Source: Candidatus Pacearchaeota archaeon (lineage in GTDB: Archaea > Nanobdellota > Nanobdellia > Pacearchaeales > GW2011-AR1). Taken from it: DNA of 64,000 nt. The notes beneath the pieces were generated by a model that worked only from the letters and a program-made list of their open reading frames with translations, was not told the DNA's origin and did not search any database. The translations under genes and the position numbers were made by a program. Where the stretch lies: the NCBI GenBank assembly GCA_002731115.1, contig PBZO01000001.1, positions 75,096 to 139,095 of the forward strand. Direction: 5' to 3'. Below, piece after piece: positions 60,051 to 64,000 of this stretch. The stretch's first letter is position 1; each line of letters begins with the position of its first letter.

Positions 60051-62339
60051 ATGAAATTTAAAGAGGGAACCCCCCTGTATTCTTATGAAGTTAAAAGGGA
60101 AGGCGGAGAAGATGTTATTTATGTTAATTACTTGGGAGCTTCATATGTACCTAGTCTTTCTGATTCTCCAGAGATTATGGGAAGAACAATTGATATTTTA
60201 ATAGAGAATCCAAATGTTTCTAGGCTTGTTTTTGTTCAACAAAAAAATTACAATTATGATTTCAAAGAAACTTCGTATTTATTAGAAATTGCTCAATTCT
60301 ATATTTATTTAATTAAACAAGAGAAAATTTTATCACAAGAAAAATTAATTACAAATAATGAACAATTTTTCTCCCAGAGATATAATCATATTTTTTCATT
60401 CCTTTTTTTATTAAAACAGGATCCTATTGCGGCATACCATGAATTTAAGAAAATTATTATTGAAGCAAAGATTTTTTTAGAAAAAGTAGATGCACGATCC
60501 AAAACAGATCAGACAAATTATATCCATCTTCTTGAAAGAATTTTTAATTTATTTGAAAAAACCAAATTGATTCAGGAAGTTTTTCCTTATTTAGAAAAAT
60601 ATCAAAAAGGAGATAGAGAGATTTATCATAGAATTTTTAAGCCAGATATAATTCCTAATTTTACTTTTACAAGACTTGTTTTTGATTTGCCCAAAGATGC
60701 AGAGATTATAGATCAGTATAATATTGCCCAGGAAAGTTACGATAAGTCTTTAGTTACAATTTTAAAAAAGAAAGATGAATCAAAATTGATATATCATCTA
60801 ATTCCTCCTGAAAATTCCTTAAGTGAAGACCATAATATGCTGCTTAATTTAGCAAAAAGAGTTTTAATAGAACATCAGCCAAGAGCAGAAGAGTTTATAG
60901 ATACTGAAAGAACAAGATATGTTTTTTTTAATATTTCTAAGGATTTATTACAAGATTTATCCCAAACAAAAGGGATAAAATTAAATTATTCTGATACAAA
61001 TAAATTAGCAACAATTCTTGTAAGACATACAATTGGTTTTGGTTTATTAGAAGTTTTACTTCAAGATAAAAAACTTCAAGATATTGTTTTAAATGCGCCA
61101 ATTCCCTTAGTAAATATTTTTTTAAGACATCAAGATTATGATGAATGTTCAACCAATATTCTTCCAAGCCAAGAGGATGCTGATTCATGGGCAGCAAAAT
61201 TTAGAATGATTTCTGGAAGACCTCTAGATGAAGCAAATCCTATTTTAGATACACAATTAAGTATTGGAAAAATAAATGCAAGAATTGCAATAATTCAAAG
61301 ACCTCTCTCCCCCGATGGATTAGCTTATGCAATAAGACGGCATAGAGAAGAACCTTGGACATTGCCTCTTTTTATTAAAAATAAAATGATAAATCCTTTA
61401 GCCGCAGGTCTTCTTAGTTTTTTAATTGATGGTTCAAGAACTCTTTTAGTTGCAGGAACTAGAAGTTCTGGTAAAACATCTTTGCTTGGAAGTTTAATGC
61501 TTGAAATAATCCCTAGATATAGAATTATTGTTTTAGAAGATACTTTAGAATTGCCGGTTGATTCATTAAGAAAATTAAAATATGATATTTTGAGAATGAA
61601 AGTTAGGTCTTCTTTATTAAAAACAACTACAGAAATTGGAGCTGATGAAGGAATAAGAACAAGTTTAAGATTAGGGGATAGTTCTTTAATTGTTGGAGAA
61701 GTTAGAAGTGTAGAAGCTAAAGCATTATATGAAGCAATGAGAGTAGGAGCTCTTGCAAATGTTGTTGCAGGAACAATACATGGAGCAAGTCCTTATGGAG
61801 TGTATGATAGAGTTGTAAATGATTTAGAAGTTCCTTCTACTAGTTTTAAAGCAACAGACATAATTGCAGTTGCAAATCCAATAAAATCTCCTGATGGATT
61901 ACATTCTTGGAGAAGACTTTTACAAATAACAGAGATTAGAAAACACTGGAAAAAGGACCCCCAGGAAGAAAAAGGATTTATTGATTTATTAAAATATAAT
62001 GTTGAAAAAGATGAATTAGAATCTAGCGGAGATTTAATTAATGGGGATAGTGAAATTATTAAAGATATAGCATCAAATGTAAAGGGATGGGCTGGAAACT
62101 GGGATGCTGTTTATGATAATATTTTATTAAGAGCAAAGATAAAAAAAGAAATTGTCGATGTTGCAAAAAAAACAGGAAATGATAATATTTTAGAATCTGG
62201 ATTTAATGTTTTATCTAATGGTTCTTTTCATAAAATTTCAGATAAAATAAGGCAAGAAATTGGTTTACCTTTAAGTGAGAGAGTTTTTCCAGAATGGCAA
62301 AAATGGCTTAATGAAGAAATTAAAAGAAGAAAAATATAA
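60051..62339 (+). CDS. Type II/IV secretion (pilus assembly) ATPase, TadA/FlaI-like
   Basis: AGTRSSGKT, LEDTLEL, LRLGD..IVGEVR, GTIHG. Confidence 0.9.
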   Translation: MKFKEGTPLYSYEVKREGGEDVIYVNYLGASYVPSLSDSPEIMGRTIDILIENPNVSRLVFVQQKNYNYDFKETSYLLEIAQFYIYLIKQEKILSQEKLITNNEQFFSQRYNHIFSFLFLLKQDPIAAYHEFKKIIIEAKIFLEKVDARSKTDQTNYIHLLERIFNLFEKTKLIQEVFPYLEKYQKGDREIYHRIFKPDIIPNFTFTRLVFDLPKDAEIIDQYNIAQESYDKSLVTILKKKDESKLIYHLIPPENSLSEDHNMLLNLAKRVLIEHQPRAEEFIDTERTRYVFFNISKDLLQDLSQTKGIKLNYSDTNKLATILVRHTIGFGLLEVLLQDKKLQDIVLNAPIPLVNIFLRHQDYDECSTNILPSQEDADSWAAKFRMISGRPLDEANPILDTQLSIGKINARIAIIQRPLSPDGLAYAIRRHREEPWTLPLFIKNKMINPLAAGLLSFLIDGSRTLLVAGTRSSGKTSLLGSLMLEIIPRYRIIVLEDTLELPVDSLRKLKYDILRMKVRSSLLKTTTEIGADEGIRTSLRLGDSSLIVGEVRSVEAKALYEAMRVGALANVVAGTIHGASPYGVYDRVVNDLEVPSTSFKATDIIAVANPIKSPDGLHSWRRLLQITEIRKHWKKDPQEEKGFIDLLKYNVEKDELESSGDLINGDSEIIKDIASNVKGWAGNWDAVYDNILLRAKIKKEIVDVAKKTGNDNILESGFNVLSNGSFHKISDKIRQEIGLPLSERVFPEWQKWLNEEIKRRKI

Positions 62340-62594
62340 TCTTATAAGAAATATATTATTTGATTAATTTCTAAAAAGAAAGTCCATGAAAGATAGATAA
62401 AGGGAAATATGAGGTCGAGGTAAACATGGTTGCCATAATTATTTGTTTGGGGTTTAGTTCTTGCTTTTTTTATTTTAAAGGTAAGAGATGAATATTATTG
62501 GTGTAGATTTATCACTTTTTCATTCTTAGAAAACTTTATAACTATCCATTTTATTCCTTTTTAATCAACTTCTATAAATTCAAAATTCCAAAAA

Positions 62595-64000
62595 ATGAAG
62601 AACATCAAAATTAAGGGAGCAAGAGAACATAATCTTAAAGATATTAGTATAGAGTTTCCTAGAGATAAGTTTATTGTAATAACAGGGCTTTCTGGATCAG
62701 GTAAATCAACTATCGCATTTGATACACTTTATGCAGAAGGACAAAGGCGTTATGTTGAATCTTTATCTGCTTATGCAAGGCAATTTTTAGGGCTTATGAA
62801 TAAACCAGATGTTGATTCAATTGAAGGATTAAGTCCCGCAATTTCAATTGAACAAAAAACAACCTCCAAAAATCCTAGAAGTACTGTTGGAACTGCTACT
62901 GAAATTTATGATTATTTGAGGCTTTTATTTGCAAGGGTAGGTATTCCTCATTGCCCTATTCATGGATTAAAAATAGAGGCACAATCTCCAGTTAGAATCT
63001 CGCAGAGAATTTTAGAGGATTTTAGTGGGGAAATAACTATTCTTTCTCCAATAATTCTCCAGAAAAAAGGAACTTATGAACAATTAATTAAGGATTTAAA
63101 TAAAGAGGGATATTCAAGAGTTAGAGTCAATAAAAAAATATTTAGAACAGATGAAAAAATCATGCTTACTAGATATAAAAAACATGATATTGATATTATT
63201 ATAGATAGGTTAAATACCAAAGATGAATCTAGATTATACGAGGCAGTAGAAAATGCAATAATAAAATCCAATGGGCTTGTTATTGTTCTTAGTAATAATA
63301 AAGAAAAGCTTTATTCTGGAAAAATGACTTGTCCAAAATGCGGAATTGCTTTCGAAGAACTGCAACCTAGAATGTTTTCCTTTAATAGTCCTTTTGGAGC
63401 CTGTGAAGCTTGTCATGGACTGGGAATAAAAATGGATTTTGATTCTGAATTAGTTATTCCTGATAAATCATTAAGCATAATGGAAGGAGGGATTGCAATT
63501 TATGGGAAATTAGATCTTTCATGGAGAGCAGAACAACTAAGGGTAATTGGTAAAAAATTTGGATTTAAATTACATACTCCGTTTAAAAAATTTACAAAAA
63601 AACAGCTAAATGTTTTATTATATGGAGCTAAACAAGAAATTAAAGGGAAATGGTCAACTGGAGCGAGTATGAATTTTGAAAATGGATGGGAAGGAGTAAT
63701 TCATCAATCAGAAAGATTATACAAATCAACAGAATCAGATTATAGAAAAAGACATCTTGAAAAATTTATGAGAATTACTCCGTGTATTGTATGTGATGGA
63801 AAAAAACTAAAACAAAAAATATTGGCAGTAAAAATTGGGAGTAAATCAATAATAGATATAACTGATTTGTCAATAAAAGACGCAATTGTATTTTTTAATC
63901 ATATTAATTTGACCAAAAAACAAGAAGAAATTGCAAGGCAAATATTAAAGGAAATTAGAGAACGTCTTAGTTTTTTAGAAAGAGTTGGTTTAGGTTATTT
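62595..64000 (+). CDS. uvrA: Excinuclease ABC subunit A, 3'-truncated by window edge (not in ORF track)
   Basis: MKNIKIKGAREHNLK...GLSGSGKSTIAFDTLYAEGQRRYVESLS...FSFNSPFGAC. Confidence 0.96.
   Translation, partial: MKNIKIKGAREHNLKDISIEFPRDKFIVITGLSGSGKSTIAFDTLYAEGQRRYVESLSAYARQFLGLMNKPDVDSIEGLSPAISIEQKTTSKNPRSTVGTATEIYDYLRLLFARVGIPHCPIHGLKIEAQSPVRISQRILEDFSGEITILSPIILQKKGTYEQLIKDLNKEGYSRVRVNKKIFRTDEKIMLTRYKKHDIDIIIDRLNTKDESRLYEAVENAIIKSNGLVIVLSNNKEKLYSGKMTCPKCGIAFEELQPRMFSFNSPFGACEACHGLGIKMDFDSELVIPDKSLSIMEGGIAIYGKLDLSWRAEQLRVIGKKFGFKLHTPFKKFTKKQLNVLLYGAKQEIKGKWSTGASMNFENGWEGVIHQSERLYKSTESDYRKRHLEKFMRITPCIVCDGKKLKQKILAVKIGSKSIIDITDLSIKDAIVFFNHINLTKKQEEIARQILKEIRERLSFLERVGLGY

Overview
AT-rich archaeal chromosome segment. 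The gene content (archaeal Rpo subunits and r-proteins, Cdc6/Orc1-DP1-DP2, Hef, KRGQ-type pilin-like protein, many short hypotheticals) fits a DPANN archaeon, most likely Pacearchaeota (inference). In order: (1) 0-10.5 kb, surface-glycan locus with four radical SAM enzymes, split transketolase, Nudix, glycosyltransferase and flippase; (2) 11-25 kb, secDF, four tRNAs, an unlinked 5S rRNA, a rearranged S13-S4-S11-RpoD / RpoN / L18e-L13-S9 cluster and an ABC exporter; (3) 25-37.4 kb, variable region that starts with XerA coupled to a catalytic-domain-less serine-recombinase DNA-binding protein and contains a 4-gene secreted-protein block bounded by a 22-bp direct repeat; (4) 37.4-47 kb, replication origin region; (5) 47-64 kb, housekeeping genes ending in a truncated uvrA. 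The best candidate for an undescribed system lies next to oriC: two convergent coiled-coil + winged-helix genes whose linkers are built from DNA motifs. One carries AAACAGCTGTTT palindromes and a 30-bp block copied exactly in its own upstream region. The other carries a canonical Orc1/Cdc6 ORB box plus (GACA)n arrays. They adjoin another wHTH gene, a conserved hypothetical and a PRC-barrel gene. Also notable is a tRNA-Leu with an A34 (AAG) anticodon.
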